Source of the DNA: an uncultured Verrucomicrobiae bacterium
GTDB lineage: Bacteria; Verrucomicrobiota; Verrucomicrobiia; Chthoniobacterales; UBA10450
Reading direction: 5' to 3'
Length of the DNA: 64,000 bases
Assembly: GCA_963756875.1 (NCBI GenBank)
Contig: CAVWPA010000003.1
Span: forward strand, 1,536,001 to 1,600,000
In this document: piece after piece, positions 1 to 8,317 of the stretch
How the letters are laid out: every line of letters begins with the position of its first letter
How positions within the stretch are numbered: position 1 is the stretch's first letter
The notes under the pieces: generated by a model
What the model saw: the letters and a program-made list of their open reading frames with translations, nothing else
Told to the model about the DNA's origin: nothing
The model's database searches: none
Translations under genes and position numbers: made by a program

Positions 1-43
1 GCGAACTTTGCGGCGGGAGGCCGCGAGCGTTTGGCGAGTTGGT

Positions 44-1174
44 CTAGGGAAGCCGACAACTCGGTTCGGTGAAACCGAGGGAGGCCGGGGCCCCGGATGA
101 AATCCAGGCGAGAGCGCGCGTGGCGGCGGGATGGGAGGTTCGAGTCATGAAAAACTTGGCCGTACGCCGGCCAGCGGTTGGCTGCATCGCTTGGTTAGGC
201 TTTTCGTGATCCATGTTTTCAACCGCCGCGATTGCCGCTTGGACGGCAACTGGATCAAGTGTGAGTGAGATGTGGTCGATCCCCGGGAGCACCGTCACAG
301 GAACATCTTTGCCAGCTGTCTTGAAAACGGCTGCAAACCGATCGGCGTACGACACCTCATCGTTTTGACCGACGAGCACCCGAAGGGGTTGCCTAACCGC
401 TCGAATGTTTGCCTGGTAATCGCGCTCAGGCCTGAAGTTCTGCGCGAGGGCGAAGGAGTATTGCGGGGTGAGCAAGCCCTTATCCCTCTCGGCGACCGCG
501 AATCTGACCACTGGCAGGTCGTCAAACGCGTGCACCCGAAACCCGTTGAGCACGGCGGTCGCTATGATGCGCGGAACGCCCACGGTAGCCCAGCCGCCGT
601 TACCCGGACGCAACGTCGCTGCGTCCTGACTGATCCAAGGAGAAAGAAGAAGATAGTTGGAGAATAGTTCCTGACGTGGACTGCCCGCGAAGCGAAGCAC
701 AAATCCGCCGCCGGAAGAGAACCCGGCGAGCGTGGAAGGCTGAGCCAATTTAGTCGAATGGACGAAATCTTCCATGTCGTCCTCCAACTGGCCGATATAA
801 GCGATGTGGCCTTTTGTGCCTGATTCGCCGTGTCCGCGGACGTCCAAAGCGTAGGCTGCATAGCCAGCCGCAGCAAAACCCTTGGCCATCAGGTGCATGC
901 TGCTGCTAGTGGCAGAGGAGCCGTGCACGAGCACCACACTGCCTTTGACAGCGTCACCGGCATTCGGGTAGGCCCGAAAGGCGAGCTTGGCGCCATCGCG
1001 AGCCGTAAAGTAACTTAGCTCCGGTAAATCGGAGAAATCCACGTTCTTGAAAGGGTCACCAATGCTCGACATTGGCGGCGGCGCAGCGCCTGGCCCGCCA
1101 AGAGCGATTGCGAGCCCAAGGGCAGCCACAAGAACTGCGACAACAATAAGATTGGTGATGAGAAAACGCTTCAT
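44..1174 (-). CDS. Cassette: alpha/beta hydrolase with N-terminal signal/anchor; reads through its (truncated) attC
   Basis: VHGSS, DVRGHG, GFSSGG nucleophile motif, DHI catalytic His. ATG 8 nt after attC TAG. Confidence 0.85.
   Translation of the reverse strand: MKRFLITNLIVVAVLVAALGLAIALGGPGAAPPPMSSIGDPFKNVDFSDLPELSYFTARDGAKLAFRAYPNAGDAVKGSVVLVHGSSATSSSMHLMAKGFAAAGYAAYALDVRGHGESGTKGHIAYIGQLEDDMEDFVHSTKLAQPSTLAGFSSGGGFVLRFAGSPRQELFSNYLLLSPWISQDAATLRPGNGGWATVGVPRIIATAVLNGFRVHAFDDLPVVRFAVAERDKGLLTPQYSFALAQNFRPERDYQANIRAVRQPLRVLVGQNDEVSYADRFAAVFKTAGKDVPVTVLPGIDHISLTLDPVAVQAAIAAVENMDHEKPNQAMQPTAGRRTAKFFMTRTSHPAATRALAWISSGAPASLGFTEPSCRLP
107..200 (-). repeat. attC site, truncated (R'/L' arm missing)
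   Basis: Near-identical to attC 1667-1789 from gcgagagcgcgc to gttaggc; the rest is replaced by unrelated sequence. Confidence 0.85.
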
Positions 1175-1180
1175 GCGATG

Positions 1181-1304
1181 GCCTAACGAGACCAAGATCA
1201 GCTACGCCTTCCGACGGCGAGACTGATTTGGAATGAGGATAATCTAATCATAAGAAAATGTCGACGCGGTACGGGAAGGCGTTACCCGAATCGCCTGGTT
1301 AGAT
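1181..1304 (-). repeat. attC site
   Basis: gcctaac...gttagat, imperfect palindrome, 124 bp. Confidence 0.9.
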
Positions 1305-1309
1305 CCTCC

Positions 1310-1663
1310 TCAGTGCCGACCATGCAACGTGAACGTGATCGGAACCATCAGTGAATGTACTGCGTGGGGTTTTGCCTTCCAAAGTCTCAGAGCGGCTATG
1401 GCGTGTCCATCAAGGAGGGGCGAGCCTGTGCTCTTCACCACATGGATCTCACGCAAGTGACCAGAAGCATAATCAAACTTGAGCTCGAACAACGCGCTGC
1501 CTTCAACGTGGTGTCTGCGCATTTCGTACGGATAATCAGGGAGCGCAGCCCTAGTGAGTAGCTGCCGCTCTGCCTCATCCAAAGAAATCGTCGCTTTTTG
1601 GGAACCGGCAAAACTGGCGGCCCCAAGCGTGGCGAACATCAGAAGTAGAAGGCAAGCACGCAC
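1310..1663 (-). CDS. Cassette: secreted TonB C-terminal domain protein
   Basis: PDYPYEMRRHHVEG...VVKSTGSPLLDGHAIAALRLWKAKP...VPITF; GTG start 5 nt after attC TAG. Confidence 0.8.
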   Translation of the reverse strand: MRACLLLLMFATLGAASFAGSQKATISLDEAERQLLTRAALPDYPYEMRRHHVEGSALFELKFDYASGHLREIHVVKSTGSPLLDGHAIAALRLWKAKPHAVHSLMVPITFTLHGRH

Positions 1664-1666
1664 AAG

Positions 1667-1789
1667 ATCTAACGAGAACAAGATGAGCCACCACTGGCGA
1701 GAGCGCGCGTGGCAGCGGCATGTGGGGTTGGAATCACGAAAAACTTGGGCGTACGCCGGCCAGTGGTTGGCTCCATCGCCTGGTTAGAT
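1667..1789 (-). repeat. attC site
   Basis: atctaac...gttagat, 123 bp. Confidence 0.92.
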
Positions 1790-1798
1790 GCCGGCGTC

Positions 1799-2038
1799 CT
1801 ACGAAGCAAGTAGTGTCCGAACCGAGATGTCTTCATCCACGTCGTCCCAGTGAATGCCAACCCCGCGGCCAATCAACCGCCACTTCGCTCTTTGGTCGGG
1901 TGTGGCTCGCAGAAGCCGAGGGAACCACTCCAACGGAGCTGAGACGCGGCGGCCATCTGCGAGAGTGACGACCAACTCGTCGTCGGTGCACGACACATCG
2001 ACGGCATCGGCGACCGGCTTACTGGCTAAAGTGCTCAT
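1799..2038 (-). CDS. Cassette: DUF2442-family putative antitoxin
   Basis: LVVTLADGRRVSAPLEWFPRLLRAT...GIHWDDVDEDISV; overlaps the upstream DUF4160 gene by 20 nt. Confidence 0.85.
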   Translation of the reverse strand: MSTLASKPVADAVDVSCTDDELVVTLADGRRVSAPLEWFPRLLRATPDQRAKWRLIGRGVGIHWDDVDEDISVRTLLAS

Positions 2039-2255
2039 CCCAAGCAATGATAAACTTCTGAGCGTGCTCTGCAATAAGAGAGTGGATCTCGCGCAACTCG
2101 GAGCCGCGAAAGCCACGCGACTCCACCAGCTCGATCAGCTCCAGCCAAAACTTTGCGTATCGCTCGGCTTGCTCCACGTGGACGTGCCGGGGCTCCTGAC
2201 CTTCTCGACTGAAGAAAAAGAAGCGATAGCCGCCAATACGCAGAATCTCGGGCAT
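2019..2255 (-). CDS. Cassette: DUF4160-family putative toxin
   Basis: MPEILRIGGYRFFFFSREGQEPRHVHV...AKFWL...AWDEHF. Confidence 0.85.
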   Translation of the reverse strand: MPEILRIGGYRFFFFSREGQEPRHVHVEQAERYAKFWLELIELVESRGFRGSELREIHSLIAEHAQKFIIAWDEHFSQ

Positions 2256-2263
2256 CGCTGCCG

Positions 2264-2291
2264 AATCTACGGTGCCTTGCCGCCGCCGCAA
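2264..2291 (-). promoter_or_regulatory. Putative sigma70 promoter of the TA cassette (leaderless or short leader)
   Basis: TTGCGG-16 nt-TAGATT, 8 nt before ATG. Confidence 0.5.
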
Positions 2292-2313
2292 CACAACGCG
2301 CCTGGCTCATAGC

Positions 2314-2445
2314 ATCTAACGAGATAGTGCTGGGCCACCGCTGGCGGCGGCGGGCGTGGCGGACATCGAGAACTGCTTCATAAAATCAGGTGTGGACTTC
2401 ACAACGGCCCGCCTGAGGCGGGTTGGCTGCAGCGATTGGTTAGGC
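2314..2445 (-). repeat. attC site with small hairpin insertion (2408-2422)
   Basis: atctaac...gttaggc, 132 bp; extra cccgcctgaggcggg. Confidence 0.88.
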
Positions 2446-2555
2446 CTTTCGATCATCATCATGGGTTTTAGGATAGCGCGGAATAATCGTGACAACGCAC
2501 CGGTGTGCGCGGCAGAATCAATGCCCTGTTACGGTCTTGATGAAAACTCTACTCT

Positions 2556-3560
2556 ATGGAAAATCTTAATATCAATCTCCGACTCTGTGATTTTGCCGCG
2601 ATAGTGGCGACGATATTGATTTCGAGCAGTGCCCGCTCGGTCGCGCAAGCGAACGTGCAGAATGTCCAGGTGGTCAGTACTCCAGCCCCTTCAGGTTCAC
2701 CGCAGACGAATCTGCCGAATTTTTCAGCTCTTTCGACTCCTTCAGATACGCCGCCTCCCTCAACTTCCGGTTCCGGCCTATCTTCACTTATCGGGATTAC
2801 GCCTCAAAACTCCGGCTCGACGGCAACGTCGGCAAGTCCGGCAGCGCCGGCTTCACCCGCTGCTTCAGCTACTTCGTTTGTGCCCATCGACCCGGTCGAC
2901 TCGTTCCAAACGAAGTTTGCCCCCAACCAGAACGTCGGCGATGGTGTCGTCAACACTAACCCGGTCAAGCCCGCCCCTTCGCCTGCTATTTCGGCGAGCC
3001 CGGCGACGACTAATATCCCTATTCAAGGATCCCAGGTGAACGAGGCCGCCCACGCCACGGGAACAGGGACGGGAACGGTAATGCCCAGTAACAACGTGCT
3101 AATTCAGGGATCCCAGGCGAACGATAACGCCCACGCCGCGAGCTCAGGATCAGTGCCGATAACGCCCAGCAAAAATGTCTCTATTCAGGGAGCTCAGGTA
3201 AACAATCCGCTTACAGGCAACGCAGACAACAACGCGGGCGATGCAGATAACCGCCGCGTCAATCGACATCCTGGACACAAAATTAAGAACAAAGGCCAGG
3301 GACAACTGAGCAACGCAGGAGCCGGCGGCGACGACAGTGGACCCAAACTACACGACGGTCAGCACAAGAAGCGGGAACGAATCCAGACCCAGGGACAAGG
3401 AGGCAATGGGCAGCGCCATCATCACCAACAGCAGGTGCAATCCACTCAACCGCAGCCGGGCCTCAGGGCTTGGGGCACCACAGTCCATGCGGGCAACGTA
3501 GACAGCGCGGGCGATGGTGGTAAAAAAGGGAAACCAAAACCTACCCCAACCCCCCACTAG
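2556..3560 (+). CDS. Cassette gene in inverted orientation: secreted low-complexity S/P/T/Q-rich protein
   Basis: 334-aa ORF with signal-peptide-like N-terminus, three IQG[S/A]Q.N repeats and PTPTP tail; lies between two attC sites. Confidence 0.7.
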   Translation: MENLNINLRLCDFAAIVATILISSSARSVAQANVQNVQVVSTPAPSGSPQTNLPNFSALSTPSDTPPPSTSGSGLSSLIGITPQNSGSTATSASPAAPASPAASATSFVPIDPVDSFQTKFAPNQNVGDGVVNTNPVKPAPSPAISASPATTNIPIQGSQVNEAAHATGTGTGTVMPSNNVLIQGSQANDNAHAASSGSVPITPSKNVSIQGAQVNNPLTGNADNNAGDADNRRVNRHPGHKIKNKGQGQLSNAGAGGDDSGPKLHDGQHKKRERIQTQGQGGNGQRHHHQQQVQSTQPQPGLRAWGTTVHAGNVDSAGDGGKKGKPKPTPTPH

Positions 3561-3631
3561 AAGGTTTCGTGTGGATCACGAAACTTGTCACCGGAGGCAT
3601 CCTCGCTCTGCGTCGACGGCGCCGGCTTCCC

Positions 3632-3982
3632 GCCTAACGAGAACAAGATGAGCGACGGCTTCCGTTGTTACAACAATACGGAGGGAGTGCGTGAGCGCAG
3701 CGAATGGAGCTGCGGGTCAAGCGACATGGAAGGTAAAACGACGAGGGTAGGAGCGAGTGAGTGTGGGCAACGAACGAGTTTCAATCGCACTAGGGAAGCC
3801 GGGGTCTTGGATAAAATCCAAGCGAGGGCGCGCGTCGATCGGAGTGAATGGAGTGGACTGTCAAGCCACGACATAGACGGGAAGCCCGGAGGGGAGGGAG
3901 AGCGCGACGAACCAAAATGTGGAAGTCATCTCAAAAGTGGAGCGCACAGCGGTCCGCCGTTCGCTCCATCGCATGGTTAGGT
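3632..3982 (-). repeat. attC site interrupted by ~228-bp insertion
   Basis: gcctaacgagaacaagatgagcgac ... cgttcgctccatcgcatggttaggt; 351 bp versus ~123 bp. Confidence 0.85.
3657..3886. mobile_element. Putative MITE / non-autonomous IS inserted in attC
   Basis: Imperfect terminal inverted repeats ggcttccgt / acgggaagcc; duplicated internal motif gaatggag...gtcaagc; no transposase. Confidence 0.55.
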
Positions 3983-3994
3983 GCTTGGTGATAA

Positions 3995-4570
3995 TCATAG
4001 ACTTCGCTCCTTCAGGAGTCTGATTAACGTTAATGCAATATCAACGTATTGCGTAGCCGACTCCTCACTCATTTCAAAATCCTGTTTATGGGTAGCTGCG
4101 TTACGGATTCGGCTAAGAGAATTAAACAACTCTTCCTCGTGTCGCCCAAAAACCTCCTTGTCCCGGAGCATCTTGGCGATGGAGGTGTGGGCTAAGAGCT
4201 CTTCTTTCGTGTCAAGCTCCGGATAGTGTTTGATAAGGGCTTCAGCGGCCGGCCAGCTCAAGCATCGAATACGCGCCAAGAACGGCAGACCTTTGATCAA
4301 AGCAGGCGATCTCTCCAAGCTCGGTTCGCGGAATTCGATCAACCGACGTTGGTCTTTTGAGAGTGATGACGGGGCGGGAAGAGCAGCGACGTCATGTTTC
4401 AAATCCTCAATCTGCTTTGCGAAATCGATTATTGTATCCCGATGCTGCAACCTTGTTAGCCGAGGGAATACAGCGGCGATCCCTCGGCGGAATAGGAGTC
4501 CAATTACAATAACTGTGGCAGGCCAGCTTGTCGCCTTTATCAGTTCGGCTGTAAACGTGAGAGCGTCCAT
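3995..4570 (-). CDS. Cassette: hypothetical protein with N-terminal TM helix
   Basis: ORF fills the cassette; ATG 6 nt after attC TAG; IRNAATH motif near C-terminus. Confidence 0.7.
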   Translation of the reverse strand: MDALTFTAELIKATSWPATVIVIGLLFRRGIAAVFPRLTRLQHRDTIIDFAKQIEDLKHDVAALPAPSSLSKDQRRLIEFREPSLERSPALIKGLPFLARIRCLSWPAAEALIKHYPELDTKEELLAHTSIAKMLRDKEVFGRHEEELFNSLSRIRNAATHKQDFEMSEESATQYVDIALTLIRLLKERSL

Positions 4571-4574
4571 AGGG

Positions 4575-4699
4575 GCCTAACGAAAACAAGATCAGCGACG
4601 GCTTTCGAGAGCGCGGCTGACCTGAAATGATGATACACTAGTCATGTTTGAAATGTGAGCGCGACGCGGGAAGCCGTTCGCTGCATCGTTTGGTTAGGC
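4575..4699 (-). repeat. attC site
   Basis: gcctaac...gttaggc, 125 bp. Confidence 0.9.
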
Positions 4700-5374
4700 G
4701 TAATCGTTGCTCCTGCCATGGTGTATGAAATCGGAACCTTAAAATGTCGATCGTACGAACCCGGTTTAAACTGCCAGCGACGAAATGCGGACATAATAGC
4801 GTTGTCCAGGATGGGCGAGCCGAGTATTCTGCGCCATCGAAACGTCCGTGACTCTGCCTGAGGAGGGCTCTATAGTGAATAAAGCTACGCCGGCTCCAGT
4901 GATGTGTCGCGCACGTGCTCCGTAAGGATACTCTGGTCTAGGAGCTGACATCGCAATTGGGCGCGTAATAAGCGGGGTCGAGGTGGGCGTCGGCATCGCT
5001 GCCAGAGCAGCGGCTTGCTGTTGCTCTCGCTCGGCTGCTGCAGCTTTAGACGCTGCATCGAAGTGAGTAGCGTCATATAGAATGGTGCCGTCGGTGCGTT
5101 GCAATCCTTCAGGAACAAATCTGAAGTATATAGCCTGCGGGGAGCCTAGAACTGTAGCTACGACACGAAGTGAATCTCCATCTCGGGAATACTTGCAAAC
5201 GTAGTTGGGGTCGCCGCTGCTGGGAGTGAAGTCTAGCTCGTCCGATGAAATGATCTTCACGGCCGGGCCGCCGTTGACGGCGCGAAACATCGCGCCTCGC
5301 AGATCAGTGGAATCAGTGCTCGCGCGCAGTGCGAGGGCTGCGGCAAAGACGAGCAATAACGATGCGCGCTGCAT
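4642..5374 (-). CDS. Cassette: secreted protein with TonB C-terminal domain (apparent frameshift ~4820)
   Basis: PRPEYPYGARARHITG...; shifted frame continues SPILDNAIMSAFRRWQFKPG...VPISY and ends at a TGA inside attC. Confidence 0.7.
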
Positions 5375-5377
5375 TAG

Positions 5378-5500
5378 GCCTACGAGAATAAGCTCAGCTA
5401 CGCCTTCCGAGAGCGCGGCTGAACTGGAATCAAGGATACACTAATCATAACAAAATGTGAACGCGATACGGGAAGCGTTAGCTGCATTGTCCCGTTAGGC
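5378..5500 (-). repeat. attC site (R' reads GTAGGC, one T missing)
   Basis: gcctac...gttaggc; otherwise similar to attC 4575-4699. Confidence 0.8.
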
Positions 5501-6231
5501 CTCATGGTTGCTGGACTGCTAGCTCCACAACCTGCTTGGGAAGCGTGCCTAGGAAGAAGACCCGACTGAAACGTGTTGTGTGGTCCTTCCTGCCGAGTCT
5601 CGCTCGGTATCTCACACCAAGAGGACAGACCAAAACCCTCGGAAGCGATCAATAACCACACGGCCTCGCAACGCTGCCGATATCCATCGAGATATATTTC
5701 CTTCGTAGCGATTGCATTCCGAATGTGATCGGGTTGGCCAAACGGAAACCATCCGGCGCGAGGCACCCGCCAATCGCTCTCCGTATAGTCGATTAACCGG
5801 TCGATGCGCACGTGGTGGACGGAAGAAGCCAACGGCTCAGGTAGCAACGAACAATCGAGGTCACACCAAGCTCCGAGCGGCGGGATGTTCTGAGCGACCA
5901 CAGAGGAAAGAGCCTCGGATATAGGTCTGCGGCCAGACCGGGGAAGTGGCTCGCGGGTGATCCAGTGGACACTAACGCCAACCGTTGGATTGCCAGTTGC
6001 TTGATACTGATCACGCGCCATGTCAACGATTCGCTGTTCTTCGCTTTCGCGTCGCTTCTCGGGTTCGCGTATGTGTCGGGTAATCTCGATTCCGATGCGG
6101 CTGCCGCAAAAGTCCGCCAATATGTCAGGTGCGGGTGGTTCAGGTTGTTCGATACGCGTGAGAGTAAGTTCAGGCGATAGCCGCCTCAACTCATCGAATA
6201 GCTGAAGCTCGAATTGTTGCTTTGGAGTCAC
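5398..6231 (-). CDS. Cassette: hypothetical protein, possibly PD-(D/E)xK-like; C-terminus probably frameshifted
   Basis: PAPDILADF...IGIEIT motif; GTG start 13 nt after attC TAG. Confidence 0.6.
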   Translation of the reverse strand: MTPKQQFELQLFDELRRLSPELTLTRIEQPEPPAPDILADFCGSRIGIEITRHIREPEKRRESEEQRIVDMARDQYQATGNPTVGVSVHWITREPLPRSGRRPISEALSSVVAQNIPPLGAWCDLDCSLLPEPLASSVHHVRIDRLIDYTESDWRVPRAGWFPFGQPDHIRNAIATKEIYLDGYRQRCEAVWLLIASEGFGLSSWCEIPSETRQEGPHNTFQSGLLPRHASQAGCGASSPATMRPNGTMQLTLPVSRSHFVMISVSLIPVQPRSRKA

Positions 6232-6242
6232 GCGTGAATAAG

Positions 6243-6365
6243 GCCTAACGAGAACAAGCTGAGCGACCGCCGCCGAGAGCGAGCGTGGCTTCGACTGAAA
6301 CTGTTTTAATCATCTGAAATGTGGACGCGCAACGGGTGGTGGTTAGCTCCACTGACTGGTTAGGT
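6243..6365 (-). repeat. attC site
   Basis: gcctaac...gttaggt, 123 bp. Confidence 0.92.
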
Positions 6366-6366
6366 C

Positions 6367-6669
6367 TCATCGGGCAATGGATACTTCGCCCCAGTTAATC
6401 GGAATCACCGTATTCTGTGTGCTATTGACCCCGATGTACATTCCGTTTTTCGACTCGACCAAGTCGTGGCCCACGACTTGGGACAAGTTGACGTCGACGG
6501 TATTATCAACATCGACGTTGCCCCGGACTTCCACTGCAGCCCCGATGTCTGTAACAACCACTTTCTGCTGCTCGTGCGGCGGGATAACGCCAGCGTTCTG
6601 GAGTGCGATAACTGCGACACCGATGGAGATCAAATACAAGGGGAGTGTGATTCGCGTGAATTCTTTCAT
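6367..6669 (-). CDS. Cassette gene 2 of 2: small membrane-anchored protein
   Basis: N-terminal hydrophobic helix; ATGA overlap with the upstream gene. Confidence 0.7.
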   Translation of the reverse strand: MKEFTRITLPLYLISIGVAVIALQNAGVIPPHEQQKVVVTDIGAAVEVRGNVDVDNTVDVNLSQVVGHDLVESKNGMYIGVNSTQNTVIPINWGEVSIAR

Positions 6670-7031
6670 AGTAAGACCTTAATTATGACTGCGGAGAAAC
6701 TGAGAAGAATGACTAATAAAAAGAAGAGCGAACCACTAAACTCCGCCACGACGTATGGGAAGGAACCCCATGCCTTCTTAAATTCTTTTACTGTATATTT
6801 CGCTCTCTCACGCGCCGAGGCAGTTTTCGCGTCAGGCTCGTTTGCCGGCTGACGACCAGCATGCGCAGCCCATCGGGTGAGCACAATGTTGATAGCAACG
6901 AACGACACGGCGGCCGACGACAACACGGCCGCAACACCGCAGAGCTTGTCCAACGCGACGACGTTAAAACCGACCGCGGCAGCCGTAAACCAGAACTGCT
7001 CGTCGCGGTAGTTTGTAGAGGCTTCACTCAT
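6666..7031 (-). CDS. Cassette gene 1 of 2: small membrane protein
   Basis: About three hydrophobic segments; first ORF of the cassette. Confidence 0.7.
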   Translation of the reverse strand: MSEASTNYRDEQFWFTAAAVGFNVVALDKLCGVAAVLSSAAVSFVAINIVLTRWAAHAGRQPANEPDAKTASARERAKYTVKEFKKAWGSFPYVVAEFSGSLFFLLVILLSFSAVIIKVLL

Positions 7032-7044
7032 GCGCGCGCGGGAG

Positions 7045-7167
7045 ACCTAACGAGAACAAGATGAGCCACCACTGGCGAGAGCGCGCGTGGCAGCGGGAGA
7101 TGAGGTTGGAGTCATGGAAAACTTGGGCGTACGCCGGCCAGTGGTTGGCTCCATCGCCTGGTTAGGT
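7045..7167 (-). repeat. attC site
   Basis: acctaac...gttaggt, 123 bp; near-identical to 1667-1789 and 9889-10011. Confidence 0.92.
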
Positions 7168-7659
7168 CTTTGGGTCGCTTTCTTCGAGAGGCTTTGTATC
7201 CACGTTCAGCCTATTTGTGCTCTGTAAAACGCGAAGCCACTCGGTCTGGCACTGCCAGTTCAGATGCTGTTGATCGGCGTGGGCCTGCGGCGAGTAGAAC
7301 TTATCAATGTCCGTCTGCTCAAGCCGCTTGTAACCAAGCGCCCGCGCCATCGCAGACAGCATCAAAAGATATGTATGCTCCCGCTGCTGGAAATTCTGGT
7401 TGGCCGGTGGATTCACCAGCGCGGCGTAATACTCGTGCCACAACTGAACAACTTGAGCGTTCTCGGCAAAAACAACATCGATCACATTCAGAGCGTTCAC
7501 CCACTCGAACGCTGGGGGGAACGAACGCCTGTGGACCATCAGCGTCAGAAACAAGCGCTCTTTAGCATCCCGTCGCGCCTTACGAGCCTGCCACCAAAGC
7601 GTGATGATGACAGCGAACAATGGCCCGACGACGATCGCGATAATATTGACGGCCTGCAT
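7162..7659 (-). CDS. Cassette: DUF6680-like protein
   Basis: GPLFAVIITLWWQ...LFLTLM..R...VNALNVIDVVF...LSAMARALGY...DIDKFYSP pattern (recognised from memory). Confidence 0.65.
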   Translation of the reverse strand: MQAVNIIAIVVGPLFAVIITLWWQARKARRDAKERLFLTLMVHRRSFPPAFEWVNALNVIDVVFAENAQVVQLWHEYYAALVNPPANQNFQQREHTYLLMLSAMARALGYKRLEQTDIDKFYSPQAHADQQHLNWQCQTEWLRVLQSTNRLNVDTKPLEESDPKT

Positions 7660-7662
7660 GAG

Positions 7663-7810
7663 ACCTAACGAGAACAAGCTGAGCTACGGCTACCGGAACC
7701 GAGCGTCAAATGCGATCTGAATGTTTTAATCACGACAAAATGTAAATGCACAACGGGTAGCCAGCCTGCTCGCGAAAGCCTTCGGAGTTAGCTCGAGCGC
7801 CTGGTTAGGT
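7663..7810 (-). repeat. attC site with 24-bp insertion (7763-7786)
   Basis: acctaac...gttaggt, 148 bp. Confidence 0.9.
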
Positions 7811-7826
7811 CTCCGGCACAATAAAA

Positions 7827-8174
7827 TCAAATCGGTATGCCCTCCAGTGAGATGGAAACGAAAATCATCGCGAGCAAGAGAGTGGTCAAAAGCCCGGCGA
7901 GTATCCAGCGGCGATTTTGAAAGAGCAAAATATCTCCGGCCCATTTAAGGGAGTTGAGGGCAACCAAAGCACATAGGCCGAGATGCTCGACAGAACGGCT
8001 TGTCCAGCCGAGGCGAACCATAAGTGGCTGAAAGATGCGGTCGTGAAGCGGGACGTAAAACAGCGCATAGAGAGGAATTCGCTCGCAAACACGGTAGATG
8101 CCGTATGCCAAACCGCTAGCGACTAGCTCAGCAACTATCCCAAGGAGGATGGCCTGAACCAGACGAGCGCGCAT
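7827..8174 (-). CDS. Cassette: small membrane protein
   Basis: Hydrophobic 115-aa ORF filling the cassette. Confidence 0.65.
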   Translation of the reverse strand: MRARLVQAILLGIVAELVASGLAYGIYRVCERIPLYALFYVPLHDRIFQPLMVRLGWTSRSVEHLGLCALVALNSLKWAGDILLFQNRRWILAGLLTTLLLAMIFVSISLEGIPI

Positions 8175-8186
8175 AAGATAAGAAAG

Positions 8187-8310
8187 ACCTAACGAGACGG
8201 AGCTCAGCCGCCGCTGGCGGGAGCGAGCTTTGCTTCGGAGTTTAACGTTGAAGTCATTTCAAAGGTAGGTATCGGAACGGCCAGCGGTTGGCTGCAGCGA
8301 TTGGTTAGAC
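8187..8310 (-). repeat. attC site
   Basis: acctaac...gttagac, 124 bp. Confidence 0.9.
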
Positions 8311-8317
8311 GACGTCA

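Noticed and set aside
3585..3980. 131-aa ORF across the attC insertion as a transposase
   Set aside because: No DDE, HUH or DEDD motifs; made of attC and insert sequence.
5378..5384. Inactivated attC R' box (GTAGGC)
   Set aside because: Lies in an indel-rich stretch; cannot be distinguished from a base-calling error.
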